A stretch of DNA of 63,610 nt, counting the filler, from Nitrospinota bacterium (lineage in GTDB: Bacteria; JAUXIQ01): assembly GCA_030620925.1 (NCBI GenBank). It is 14 parts of 14 records of this genome, joined end to end, with 100 filler letters (N's around TTAATTAATTAA, not from the genome) between each part and the next. Parts side by side here need not be neighbours in the genome. Positions count along the whole stretch, not along the records: positions 8,301 to 18,521 come from JAUXIQ010000037.1; positions 18,622 to 21,524 come from JAUXIQ010000389.1; 12 more parts are not named here. One strand, written 5' to 3'. Made by a program: the position numbers and the translations under genes. How positions within the stretch are numbered: the stretch's first letter is position 1; every line of letters begins with the position of its first letter. Below are positions 10,054 to 19,396 of this stretch, piece by piece. Below the pieces are notes generated by a model, which made no database searches, was not told where the DNA came from, and saw only the letters and a list, made by a program, of their open reading frames with translations.

Positions 10054-11178
10054 ATGAGCTCTCAAGGAACGCCGCCGCGCCGTGGATTGGGCGTTTTTGA
10101 AAGATTCCTCTACCTTTGGGTGGCCCTGTGCATAGTGGCCGGTCTCCTGCTGGGGAAAGCCTACCCGGAGATGGCCGTCGCTCTGGACGGGATGTCGGTG
10201 GCCCATATCTCAATTCCCATAGCCATAGCCCTGTTTTTCATGATCTATCCCATCATGGTCAAGATAGATTTTTCAGAGGTGGTGAAGGCGGGGAAAAATC
10301 CGAAGCCGTTGCTCCTTACGCTGTTCATCAACTGGGGGATAAAACCGTTCAGCATGTATTTTATCGCAACCCTGTTCATCGGTTACCTGTTCAGGGACTA
10401 TCTGCCCGGAACAGAAGTGCTGAGGGACGGCACTACGGTGGAGGTCTATCGATCCTACATATCCGGAGCCATACTGCTGGGGATAGCCCCCTGTACCGCC
10501 ATGGTCCTGGTATGGGGATTCCTGGCCCGCGGGAACGATGCGCACACGCTGGTTATGGTGGCCATCAATTCCCTGGCCATGCTCTTCCTTTACGCACCTC
10601 TGGGTGGATTCCTGTTAAAGATGAACCTGATGCCCATCCCCTGGCTGACGATAGTCCTGGCGGTGGTGGTTTACGTCGGTCTTCCCCTGGTGGCGGGTTA
10701 TTTCACCAGGAAGAGAATAGTTCACACAAAAGGGATCGACTGGTTTCAGACAAAATTCCTGCCCCATCTTACCACCGTTTCCATCACAGCCTTACTGGCG
10801 ACCCTGGTGCTGCTGTTTTCCCTGAAGGGAGAGGTTATCATCGCTTATCCTCAGACGGTCGCTTTCATCGCAATACCGCTCGTTATCCAGACTTCGATAA
10901 TATTCATTTTGGCCTATTCATTGGGCAAAACCATTAATCTTACCTACGAGGATGCCGCGCCCAGCGCCATGATCGGGGCCTCCAACCATTTCGAGGTGGC
11001 CATCGCCACGGCTACCGTCCTCTTCGGGCTCGGCTCGGGAGCGGCCCTGGCCACGGTGGTGGGAGTTTTGATAGAGGTCCCCCTGATGCTGCTGCTGGTG
11101 AAGATTTGCCTGCGTACCAGGAACTGGTTCCCGGCCGAGAAAGAGTCTCTGGAAGGGAGCATGGTGCAGAAAGCGTAG
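10054..11178 (+). CDS. acr3: ACR3 family arsenite efflux transporter
   Basis: [41 protein letters not shown]. Confidence 0.95.
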   Translation: MSSQGTPPRRGLGVFERFLYLWVALCIVAGLLLGKAYPEMAVALDGMSVAHISIPIAIALFFMIYPIMVKIDFSEVVKAGKNPKPLLLTLFINWGIKPFSMYFIATLFIGYLFRDYLPGTEVLRDGTTVEVYRSYISGAILLGIAPCTAMVLVWGFLARGNDAHTLVMVAINSLAMLFLYAPLGGFLLKMNLMPIPWLTIVLAVVVYVGLPLVAGYFTRKRIVHTKGIDWFQTKFLPHLTTVSITALLATLVLLFSLKGEVIIAYPQTVAFIAIPLVIQTSIIFILAYSLGKTINLTYEDAAPSAMIGASNHFEVAIATATVLFGLGSGAALATVVGVLIEVPLMLLLVKICLRTRNWFPAEKESLEGSMVQKA

Positions 11179-11193
11179 AGAATCGTAATAGTT

Positions 11194-12009
11194 TCAAGGT
11201 GCCGAGACTGTGGGATAAAAGAGTTTCTCTCCATTCTTCCGGTATGAAGCTATTATCTTCTGTCCTTCCGGGGAAGCGACCCAGGCTATGAGGGCCGAGG
11301 CTTTCGCATAATTGACGTGGGGATGAACGGCCGGATTCACGGCTATGATGCTGTAAGGGTTGTTGAGCAGGGGGTCGCCTTCATATAGAATCCTGAGATT
11401 TATCTTATCTTTAAAGGCTATAAAAGTCCCCCGGTCGCACAGGGTGTATGCCTTTTTCTGATCGGTTATTACCAGCACCCGCCCCATGGGCAGACCTGTC
11501 TCCAGGTACCACCTGCCCGAGGGTGTTATTCCGGCCGCGGCCCAGATGGATTTCTCTTTCTGGTGGGTGCCCGATTCGTCCCCCCTGGAGATGAAGGCCG
11601 ATCCGCTCCGAGCCAATATGGCCAGGGCCTGAGCGGCGTCGATGGCTCCTTTTATTCCAGCCCGATCTTCGGCGGGTCCCACGATCACAAAATCGTTGTA
11701 CATGAACGTGCGCCTGTTGATCCCGAAACCCCGGGTTACAAACTTCTCCTCCAACTGCGGGGCGTGCACCATCACCACGTCCACGTCTCCGCTCTCCCCC
11801 AGTTTCAGCGCCTTGCCCGTGCCTACGGCGATGACATCAACCTTGACGTTCATCTTTTTTTCAAAGGGCGGCAGCAGCACGTTGAGCAGGCCGGAGTTGT
11901 CGGTGCTGGTGGTGGTGGCCAGCCTCAGACGCTCCTCCGCCCCCGGGGAGGCAGAAACCAGGGCTAAGATGATTACCGCAAATACTATTATACGTCCCGT
12001 CAGTACCAA
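11194..12009 (-). CDS. tupA: Tungstate ABC transporter substrate-binding protein
   Basis: Signal peptide then ATTTSTDNSGLL, VGTGKAL, MYNDFVIVGP, SRGDESGTH; TTTS motif. Confidence 0.92.
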   Translation of the reverse strand: MVLTGRIIVFAVIILALVSASPGAEERLRLATTTSTDNSGLLNVLLPPFEKKMNVKVDVIAVGTGKALKLGESGDVDVVMVHAPQLEEKFVTRGFGINRRTFMYNDFVIVGPAEDRAGIKGAIDAAQALAILARSGSAFISRGDESGTHQKEKSIWAAAGITPSGRWYLETGLPMGRVLVITDQKKAYTLCDRGTFIAFKDKINLRILYEGDPLLNNPYSIIAVNPAVHPHVNYAKASALIAWVASPEGQKIIASYRKNGEKLFYPTVSAP

Positions 12010-12075
12010 CTTTTTTCGCTCTCAGGAAAAGAGATTGAATGTCCCCATCGCACTAACGCCTTGGAGGCAAAGGGA

Positions 12076-13062
12076 TCAGACTTCCTCCAGGGAGCTTTCG
12101 GGTGAGTCGTCTTCCGACCAGCCCTTGAAGATGTATCTCTCCAGCAGTCTGTTGTAGGTGGTCCATTGTGACTCGGGATCACCGTCTTCCGAGATGATTT
12201 TCTTGAAGGCGTTGACCTTGGCATCGAGGTCGTCGGCGTAATGCAGTATAAGAGCTTCAAAGGTTTTGGGGCGCTTCACGGCCCCGAACTCGCTTACGCC
12301 GTGGTGGCTTATGATTGCGTGCTCGATAAGAGTCAGGAGCCTGGGCGGAAATTCTTCCAGTTGCCCTGCTTTTTCCGCTACCATACTCACTCCGAGCAGG
12401 GTGTGGCCTATCAGTCTGCCCTCGTCGGTATAATCGAATCTGGGGAAGACGGTCAGCTCCTGCACTTTCCCTGCGTCGTGGAACATCGCCGAAGTCAACA
12501 GCAGATCCCTGTCTACATCCTGGTAGCAGTCTGCGAAATATTGGCACATCTTGACCACCGAAAGGGTATGTTCCAACAGGCCGCTCAGATAAACATGGTG
12601 TACCCCCCGGGCGGCGGGTGCCTTGCAGAAGGCGGCCATAAACTCCTCGTCCGACAGAAAAGCCTCCAGAAGTTTTTTCAGATGCGGGTTCTCCACGGAG
12701 TCTAACAGGGAGCACAGCTCTTCCCGCATCTCTTCCCGGGGCCTTTGAGAGCCGGGCAGGAAATCTTCCGAAGACAGCTCTTCCTCCTCGCTCCTGCGGA
12801 TGCGCTTGATGTTCAGCTGAAGCTCTTCCTTATAGCTCTCGGCCAGGGCATCCACTTTTACGAAATCGTCGCGTCGAAAGGCTGAAGAATGTTGCTGGAC
12901 GCTATCCCAGATTTTGCCGTCGATGATCCCCGTTTTGTCCTGCAGGGTGAGGGAGATATAGGGATTACCGGTCCTGGTGGTGAGCAACTCTTTTGAGCTT
13001 ACCAGGAAATGATCGACAACGCGTTCGCCTTCGGCGATTTCATTTACGAACTTTTCTTTCAT
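12076..13062 (-). CDS. yhaM: OB-fold plus HD-domain 3'-5' exoribonuclease, YhaM/Cbf1 family
   Basis: L.DKTG.I.GK.W, APAA..VHH...GLLEH, FHDAGK, SHHG, LHYADDLDAK. Confidence 0.9.
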   Translation of the reverse strand: MKEKFVNEIAEGERVVDHFLVSSKELLTTRTGNPYISLTLQDKTGIIDGKIWDSVQQHSSAFRRDDFVKVDALAESYKEELQLNIKRIRRSEEEELSSEDFLPGSQRPREEMREELCSLLDSVENPHLKKLLEAFLSDEEFMAAFCKAPAARGVHHVYLSGLLEHTLSVVKMCQYFADCYQDVDRDLLLTSAMFHDAGKVQELTVFPRFDYTDEGRLIGHTLLGVSMVAEKAGQLEEFPPRLLTLIEHAIISHHGVSEFGAVKRPKTFEALILHYADDLDAKVNAFKKIISEDGDPESQWTTYNRLLERYIFKGWSEDDSPESSLEEV

Positions 13063-13104
13063 GGTCTCCCCCTTTTCCCCTCATGCCTGCTCCTGAGTCG
13101 GGTC

Positions 13105-13968
13105 TCATAGATCATCGAGCAGCGCGGGGTCGATCTCTCCGGTGAAGGCGTACTCCGCGGGCCCGGTCATGAACACCCGGTTGGTTGCCTCTTCCCACTC
13201 GAGCTCCAGGTCGCCTCCGGGAAGGCTGACGGTTACTCTCCTCCCAACCAGGCCGTTGATCATGCCCGCGATGGCAACGGCGCAGGAGCCGGTACCGCTG
13301 GCCAGGGTGATCCCCGCCCCTCGCTCCCATATACGCATACGCAGGTGGTTGGAGCCGACCACCCGGGCGAATTCGGCGTTGACCCTGTTGGGGAAAGACG
13401 GATGGTTTTCTATCAACGGGCCGTACTTCTGCAGTTGGAAGTCGTCTAGGTCGTCGATGAAGGAAACACAATGGGGGTTGCCCATGCTGAGGGCGGTGAT
13501 CGTGAAAACCCTGTCCCCCGCCTTAAGCTCCTCCCCCATCACCTTCTCCGCTTCCGGCCCGATCATGGGGATATCCGATCGTCTGAATATGGGCTCCCCC
13601 ATGTCCACGCGGATGCATCCATCCTTCTGCATCCGGGGCTCGATGCGTCCGGCCAGCGTTTCCACCCCAAAAGAGCGCTGTTTCACTATCCCCTTATCCA
13701 GAACGTAGCGGGTAAGGCAGCGTATGCCGTTCCCGCACATTTCGGCGTCCGAGCCGTCGGAATTGTAGAACAGCCACTTCAGCTGGCAGTCTTCCCTCTC
13801 CGGCGGAACGATGATTATCAGACCGTCGGCTCCCACGCCGAAGCGTCGATGACATACACTGGCTGCGGCGCTATGGTTGTCCAGGCCGGGGGGCCAATCA
13901 TCCCCCTCTACCAGGATGAAATCGTTGCCCAGCCCGTGCATCTTTGTGAACGGAACACACTTGGTCAT
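13105..13968 (-). CDS. dapF: Diaminopimelate epimerase (second catalytic Cys replaced by Ser)
   Basis: FTKMHGLGNDF, G.GADG, NSDGS.AEMCGNG, MGNPH, N.EF, WERGAG.TLASGTG. Confidence 0.92.
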   Translation of the reverse strand: MTKCVPFTKMHGLGNDFILVEGDDWPPGLDNHSAAASVCHRRFGVGADGLIIIVPPEREDCQLKWLFYNSDGSDAEMCGNGIRCLTRYVLDKGIVKQRSFGVETLAGRIEPRMQKDGCIRVDMGEPIFRRSDIPMIGPEAEKVMGEELKAGDRVFTITALSMGNPHCVSFIDDLDDFQLQKYGPLIENHPSFPNRVNAEFARVVGSNHLRMRIWERGAGITLASGTGSCAVAIAGMINGLVGRRVTVSLPGGDLELEWEEATNRVFMTGPAEYAFTGEIDPALLDDL

Positions 13969-14022
13969 TTACCCACCCTTTTTCCGGCGGCATTTGAGAA
14001 AGAAAGTCTCCCCGAATTAATA

Positions 14023-14268
14023 TCAGCGGCGTCGTTTTCCATGCCTTTCGTGAAACAGTGCGCCCGGCATCTTCCTTCCATCGGGGGTTATGCTCCATAT
14101 ACCCCTTCCGTAAATTTCCACCTGGACCGGCATGTCCTTTTCCCTTGCCTCCTGCTTGGCGTATTCCAGGACTTCCTGGTGGGATTGGCCCTCCCATTCC
14201 CCCTCAAAGGCCACGCTTTCATCAGAGCAGATTATCTTAACTAACATTGCTCTATCCCGTAATATCAC
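14023..14268 (-). CDS. Small hypothetical protein
   Basis: ORF overlapping the upstream receiver gene by 4 nt, in an operon-like arrangement; start uncertain (MLVKII is possible). Confidence 0.55.
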   Translation of the reverse strand: MILRDRAMLVKIICSDESVAFEGEWEGQSHQEVLEYAKQEAREKDMPVQVEIYGRGIWSITPDGRKMPGALFHERHGKRRR

Positions 14269-14720
14269 AAGCTGCGGATTTTTTCCACCAAGTCCATGGC
14301 ACGGAAAGGCTTAACGATGAAACCGTGGGCCCCTTTCGCCCTGGCCTTATCCTCTTCACCCGCAGGAACCTCTTCGCACCCGCTGAAAGTGGCCAGCGCG
14401 ATGGTCTTTAGGCCAGGGTATTCCTCTTTGATGTGACGAATAAGGCGGTAGCCGACTATTTCCTCGTCTATCCCTGGAAGCAGGTCTTTGTACCGTTCCG
14501 GCAGATATTCTATGGTAAGGTCCACCCCCACCAGGACCATTTCCACTCCGTCCAGCATGGAAAGCGCCCGGTCATAGTCCATGCAGCAATCTACCCGGTA
14601 GGGCCCCGAATCGGCCGCCAGCGTGTTCAGCATCTCCTGGATGGAATCCCCCAGCTTTGCGGCCTCATCATCCACGAGAAGGATCCTCTTCTCTTCTCCC
14701 ATTTCCCGCAACACCTCCAA
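14265..14720 (-). CDS. Stand-alone response-regulator receiver domain protein
   Basis: ILLVDDE, phospho-acceptor VDL, G..LI..IK, conserved T, GAHGFIVKPF; start may be MGEEKR at about 14702. Confidence 0.8.
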   Translation of the reverse strand: MEVLREMGEEKRILLVDDEAAKLGDSIQEMLNTLAADSGPYRVDCCMDYDRALSMLDGVEMVLVGVDLTIEYLPERYKDLLPGIDEEIVGYRLIRHIKEEYPGLKTIALATFSGCEEVPAGEEDKARAKGAHGFIVKPFRAMDLVEKIRSL

Positions 14721-14885
14721 TTTGACCGATCCCCGGTAAAGGAATCAGCTCAGGCATCCAGACGGCAGGTTCTATATCCAGAAATATATTTATATACCGA
14801 GGCAAACAGGGAAGGCAAATTAAATCGTATGCGGATGGATTTATTCGTCGAAAAAATTTCGTTCAGCGGGAAGGGCGCTCGCTGC

Positions 14886-15458
14886 TTATGAAAAGGGGGG
14901 CGGCGTTACCACCGAGATCATCCTGACCGGTTCGTCGCCTATATTCTTCCAGGAATGGGGTATTCGCGCCTTGAAATGGAGGCTGTCGCCGGGATCGAGC
15001 ACATAGACCTGGTCCCTGACGGTGAATTCTATGGTTCCGTTGAGGCATATATCCAGTTCTTCGCCCCTGTGGGACATCGGTTCGTCGCCGCTGCTCCCAT
15101 CCACTTCGATGATTGCCACATAGGCTTCCATGAGGCAATCTTCCAGTCTGGCGGCAACGTTCTCGTAGATCACCCTGGATTCGTTGATGCGGACTTTCTT
15201 TCTTTCTTTCTCGTGAATATATTCAACGTCTGAAAGGCTGTCCTCCTCATCGATGAAAAAGCTCACCCTCTTATCCAGCGCCTCGGCGATCTTCATGAGG
15301 GTGGTGATGGTGGGCGTCATTTCGTTGGTTTCTATTTTATATATGCCCGCGGGAGAAACCCCTGCTTTCTTGGCCAGCTTCTGGATGGACAATTCGTTCT
15401 TTTTCCTGAGCTCTTTTATTTTTTCACCGATATTTATGGTGACAGAATTATTAGCCAA
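14886..15458 (-). CDS. XRE-cupin (PuuR-like) transcriptional regulator
   Basis: N-terminal HTH (IGEKIKELR...LAKKAGVS...IE...P) and C-terminal cupin (H.GEE, L..GDS.HF....PH). Confidence 0.92.
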   Translation of the reverse strand: MANNSVTINIGEKIKELRKKNELSIQKLAKKAGVSPAGIYKIETNEMTPTITTLMKIAEALDKRVSFFIDEEDSLSDVEYIHEKERKKVRINESRVIYENVAARLEDCLMEAYVAIIEVDGSSGDEPMSHRGEELDICLNGTIEFTVRDQVYVLDPGDSLHFKARIPHSWKNIGDEPVRMISVVTPPPFS

Positions 15459-15501
15459 TGCCCTTCTCCTTTCACAAGCCTATTTTTTTACTTATATTTG
15501 A

Positions 15502-15530
15502 ACTATATATGAGATATAGATAATTGTCAA
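15502..15530 (-). promoter_or_regulatory. Sigma70-like promoter for the XRE-cupin gene
   Basis: TTGACA-N17-TATAGT on the minus strand. Confidence 0.65.
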
Positions 15531-15691
15531 AAGGATTTTTCTATTAAATTAAAAATTCATTAACTATACAATATAAAAATCAGCGTATCGGACGATGGTA
15601 CCATAAATTAATATCCGTGCAGCAGTGCCATTTTTTGACGTATCTATTTAATAATTATTATAATGACCGATTAGCCAGCGCATGACAGTTC

Positions 15692-15721
15692 TTGACAGCA
15701 CCTGAATAAAAGATATATTAT
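15692..15721 (+). promoter_or_regulatory. Sigma70-like promoter for the rplU operon
   Basis: TTGACA-N18-TATTAT. Confidence 0.6.
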
Positions 15722-15791
15722 AATAGCTCTAACAGTAGATAGTATAATCTGTCGGTTAAAATGTTAGTATAGCCCGAATCAGAGGTGAGGG

Positions 15792-16115
15792 ATGAATTAC
15801 GCGGTTTTTGCCCACAGCGGTAGGCAGTACAGGGTATCTGAAGGAGATATAGTTGAACTTGAGAAAGTCGACCTTCCGGCAGGAGGGGAGATGGAATTCA
15901 CTGAAGTAATGATGCTTCAGCGGCCCGAGGGCGTTTTGTTCGGGAGACCTACTGTGCAGAACGCCAAGGTGACGGGCAAAATCCTGGCGCATTTCAAAGG
16001 GAAGAAGTTAATCGTCTTCAAGCATAAAAGACGAAAAAATTACCGGCGCACCAATGGGCATCGCCAGGAATATACCAGAGTTAAAATAGAAAACATCATA
16101 AACCCCGGAAAATAG
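15792..16115 (+). CDS. rplU: 50S ribosomal protein L21
   Basis: YAV...G.QY.V..G, GKK..VFK.KRRKNY.R..GHRQ.YT. Confidence 0.98.
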   Translation: MNYAVFAHSGRQYRVSEGDIVELEKVDLPAGGEMEFTEVMMLQRPEGVLFGRPTVQNAKVTGKILAHFKGKKLIVFKHKRRKNYRRTNGHRQEYTRVKIENIINPGK

Positions 16116-16172
16116 GGTTTAAGGAACAGGCACCGGGTCTATATTTATTAGTGTTCGGGAGGTGATAGGGAA

Positions 16173-16427
16173 ATGGCCCACAAAAAGTCGGGCGGAAGTT
16201 CTGCAAATGGAAGGGATACCTGCGGGAAAAGATTAGGCGTAAAACGCTTCAGCGGGCAGAAGGTCAGCGCAGGAAGCATTCTGGTCCGACAGAGGGGTAC
16301 CATATTCAAACCCGGAGAGAACGTGGGTTTGGGTAAAGATTACACCCTTTACGCCAAAATCGACGGAGTTGTGCAATTCAGAAGAAATGGCAAGAACGGT
16401 CGGGTGATAAGCGTTCTTCAAGCCTGA
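16173..16427 (+). CDS. rpmA: 50S ribosomal protein L27
   Basis: [32 protein letters not shown]. Confidence 0.98.
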   Translation: MAHKKSGGSSANGRDTCGKRLGVKRFSGQKVSAGSILVRQRGTIFKPGENVGLGKDYTLYAKIDGVVQFRRNGKNGRVISVLQA

Positions 16428-16577
16428 GCATCTTCGACGCTGAAATTTTCCCACTGATGACAATAAGGCGAGTCCTCCCCATAGAAAGACCCCGGTGTTA
16501 AACACTAACAGGGTGAAAAGGGAGGACTTTGCAGTTTATGGAGACACTTCGGCGCGATCGTTGTCGGGTGGCGAGCC

Positions 16578-17600
16578 ATGTTTGTGGATGAAGCTACAAT
16601 TTATATCAAGGGTGGAGACGGGGGCCGGGGCTGCCTCAGCTTTGCGCATTACAGGCAAAATCCCAAAGGAGGGCCCGACGGAGGGGATGGCGGTAACGGC
16701 GGCAGCGTCATCATAGAAGCCCGCAGCGGAATGAACACACTCCTTGACCTGAAATATCATACTCATAATATTGCCAAACGCGGCGAACATGGGAAGGGAA
16801 AAAACAAGACCGGACGCGCCGGAGGGGATTTGATCATCGGCGTGCCTTCCGGCACGGTGGCCAAGGACACTGAAACCGGGGAGATGCTGGCCGATCTCAC
16901 CGAGGACGGGCAACAGGTGGTAGCGGCCAGTGGAGGACGAGGAGGCCGAGGGAACACCAGATTCAAATCCTCCACCAATCAGGCACCTCGAATTGCGGAA
17001 GACGGAGAACCCGGCGAGGAGAAATGGCTCCACCTGGAGTTAAAGCTTATGGCGGAGGTGGGGTTGATCGGCTGTCCCAATGCCGGCAAATCCACTCTTC
17101 TTGCACGAATATCTTCCGCCCACCCCAGAATAGGAGACTATCCCTTCACCACCCTCTCCCCCATGGTCGGCGTGGTGAAGGCCGGGGATTTTGAATCTTT
17201 CCTCGCCGCCGATATACCGGGGCTCATAAAAGATGCGCATCTGGGCAAAGGGCTGGGAATAAAGTTTCTTCGCCATATTGAGAGGACCGAGCTCCTGGTT
17301 CACCTGGTGGATATGTCTGAGGGGTCGAAGGATGATCCCCTGAAGCGTTACCATGAGATAAACAGAGAACTCAGGTGCTTCAGCACTGCACTGGGTGGAA
17401 GGGAACAGATAGTAGCCGCCACCAAGATAGACCTCCCCCGGGCCGGGGAGCTCGTCTATGAGTTCCAAGCCCGGATGGATGATGAAGGCGTGGAAGTATA
17501 CCCCATCTCTTCCGTAACCGGTGAGGGACTCAAGGAACTCGCCTATGCTATAATGAACAGGCTGAAAAGACTTAGAGAAGCCAGAGTAGAGGCCGGATGA
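16578..17600 (+). CDS. obgE: GTPase ObgE/CgtA
   Basis: MFVD, GGPDGGDGG, PNAGKSTL, YPFTT, DIPG. Confidence 0.98.
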   Translation: MFVDEATIYIKGGDGGRGCLSFAHYRQNPKGGPDGGDGGNGGSVIIEARSGMNTLLDLKYHTHNIAKRGEHGKGKNKTGRAGGDLIIGVPSGTVAKDTETGEMLADLTEDGQQVVAASGGRGGRGNTRFKSSTNQAPRIAEDGEPGEEKWLHLELKLMAEVGLIGCPNAGKSTLLARISSAHPRIGDYPFTTLSPMVGVVKAGDFESFLAADIPGLIKDAHLGKGLGIKFLRHIERTELLVHLVDMSEGSKDDPLKRYHEINRELRCFSTALGGREQIVAATKIDLPRAGELVYEFQARMDDEGVEVYPISSVTGEGLKELAYAIMNRLKRLREARVEAG

Positions 17601-18521
17601 CGGGGGAAAAAGCAACGCTGAACAGCGCGGAAGCAAGAGCGGAATATGTGAAAAACGCCCGCCGCGTGGTGGTCAAGATAGGGAGTACCGTCCTCACATC
17701 AGAGGAGGGCGGACTCGATGAGGCCGTTATCCGCCGGCTGACCAGCCAGGTATGCTTCTTTGTGAAGCGAGGGTGGGATTTTCTCATCGTCTCGTCGGGG
17801 GCCATAGCGGCCGGAAAGGAAAAACTGGGCCGTGGAGACCTGCCTGAAACCATCCCTTACCAGCAGGCTGCGGCGGCAATAGGCCAGAGCCATCTGGTGT
17901 GGGCCTATGAAAAGAGTTTCAAGCGACATGGGTTAAACGTGGCGCAGATTCTTCTCACCCATGAGGACCTGGGGGACCGTCGCCGCTACCTCAACGCCCG
18001 CAACACTCTTCAGGTGCTACAGGAGAACGGTGTCGTGCCCATAGTTAATGAGAACGATACCGTTGCGGTGGAAGAGATAAAGTTCGGAGACAACGATGTA
18101 CTCTCCGCTTTCGTGGCAGACCTGGTCAAGGCCCAGCTCCTCCTCATTCTCACCGACATCGACGGTTTCTTCACCGCCGACCCCAGACAGTCCCCCGATG
18201 CGAAACTCATCCCGCTCGTGGAAAGCATCACTCCGGATTTGGAAGCCATGGCTGAGAAGAGCAGCTCCAGGCTGGGTACCGGAGGAATGCAGACCAAGCT
18301 GGATGCGGCCCGGAAGGCCGGCCTTTCAGGCGTCCCCACGATTATCGCCAGCGGATGGGAGCAGAACGTCATCAAACGCGTGCTGCGCGGCGAAGAACTG
18401 GGCACCTTCTTCCTGCCCGCACCGACCAGGCTGAAAGGTAAGAAACCCTGGATAGCTCAGCATCTGCGCCCCAGGGGTTATATAATAATAGATGACGGCG
18501 CCAGGAACGCCCTGGTCAAAA
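17597..18521 (+). CDS. proB: Glutamate 5-kinase (3' truncated)
   Basis: VVKIGS, VSSGAIAAG, NENDTV, FGDND, GTGGM.TK. Confidence 0.96.
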
Positions 18522-18621
18522 NNNNNNNNNNNNNNNNNNNNNNNNNNNNNNNNNNNNNNNNNNNNTTAATTAATTAANNNNNNNNNNNNNNNNNNNNNNN
18601 NNNNNNNNNNNNNNNNNNNNN

Positions 18622-19101
18622 AGATATCAAGAATCTTATAGTTTTTACGAGCAAGCAATTTCGATAGTTGAACAGGTTCTTTGTATGTCGTCCTGGTCAA
18701 ATTTATATAAAATTGCCTTCGCTAGAGCAAAGGTTAAGAACAATGAGAAAGGTTTAGATTTAGAGTCTTTATATGGTTATGCGGCTGAAAATAAATTAAA
18801 AATATGGGAAGGCTGTATGGCAAGATATATAGGAGAGATTCTGCTGAATATCGATGATCAGCACATAGAAGAAGCTGAGGACTGGATAAAGAAAGCCATC
18901 GAAGCGGATAACAGAAACGGTATGATGCAGCAGTTAGGGAGGGACTATCTCTCCTATGCGGAACTACTGAAACGCAAAGGCGATACATCGAAAGCCAGAG
19001 AAAATCTTACCACTGCCGCGGAAATATTAGAAGAATGCGGAGCCGACGGTGACCTGAAAAAAGCCAAAGACCAGCTCGATTCCCTCCCGGCAAATACCTG
19101 A
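18622..19101 (+). CDS. TPR-containing C-terminal fragment, of the kind found on adenylate-cyclase/AAA-ATPase multidomain proteins
   Basis: Open from the contig edge; EAEDWIKKAIEAD..NGM...LGRDY..YAELLKRKGD..KARENL..A.EIL.ECGADG. Confidence 0.7.
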   Translation, partial: RYQESYSFYEQAISIVEQVLCMSSWSNLYKIAFARAKVKNNEKGLDLESLYGYAAENKLKIWEGCMARYIGEILLNIDDQHIEEAEDWIKKAIEADNRNGMMQQLGRDYLSYAELLKRKGDTSKARENLTTAAEILEECGADGDLKKAKDQLDSLPANT

Positions 19102-19116
19102 CCACCAAGGCACTAC

Positions 19117-19266
19117 GTAGGGGCGGGTTTATAACCCGCCCTATTGGGGCGTATGCAATACGTCCCTACAATCGCGCCTGTCTCGCGTTCCGCGGGAACG
19201 CGCCCTGGGCAGGGCGATCCCGCCTTCCGAGGGAGACTGTTCCTACAATCGCGCCTGAAAAGCGCT
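19117..19266. repeat. Cluster of GTAG-type REP palindromes
   Basis: GTAGGGGCGGGTTTATAACCCGCCCT; GGGGCGTATGCAATACGTCCCTAC; CCTACAATCGCGCCTG twice; a unit repeated at 21155. Confidence 0.75.
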
Positions 19267-19294
19267 CCTGGGGCGCGGTGACCCTTTAAAACCG

Positions 19295-19323
19295 TTGAAT
19301 GTGCGTGATGCGGGCGGTATAAT
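19295..19323 (+). promoter_or_regulatory. Sigma70-like promoter for the mutase gene
   Basis: TTGAAT-N17-TATAAT. Confidence 0.65.
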
Positions 19324-19396
19324 TTGAAATATCGGGATTTTTAAACTGTATCGTAAGTTCACCAACAGTATCAGTCGCCTGAGAAGGGAGCTGGTG

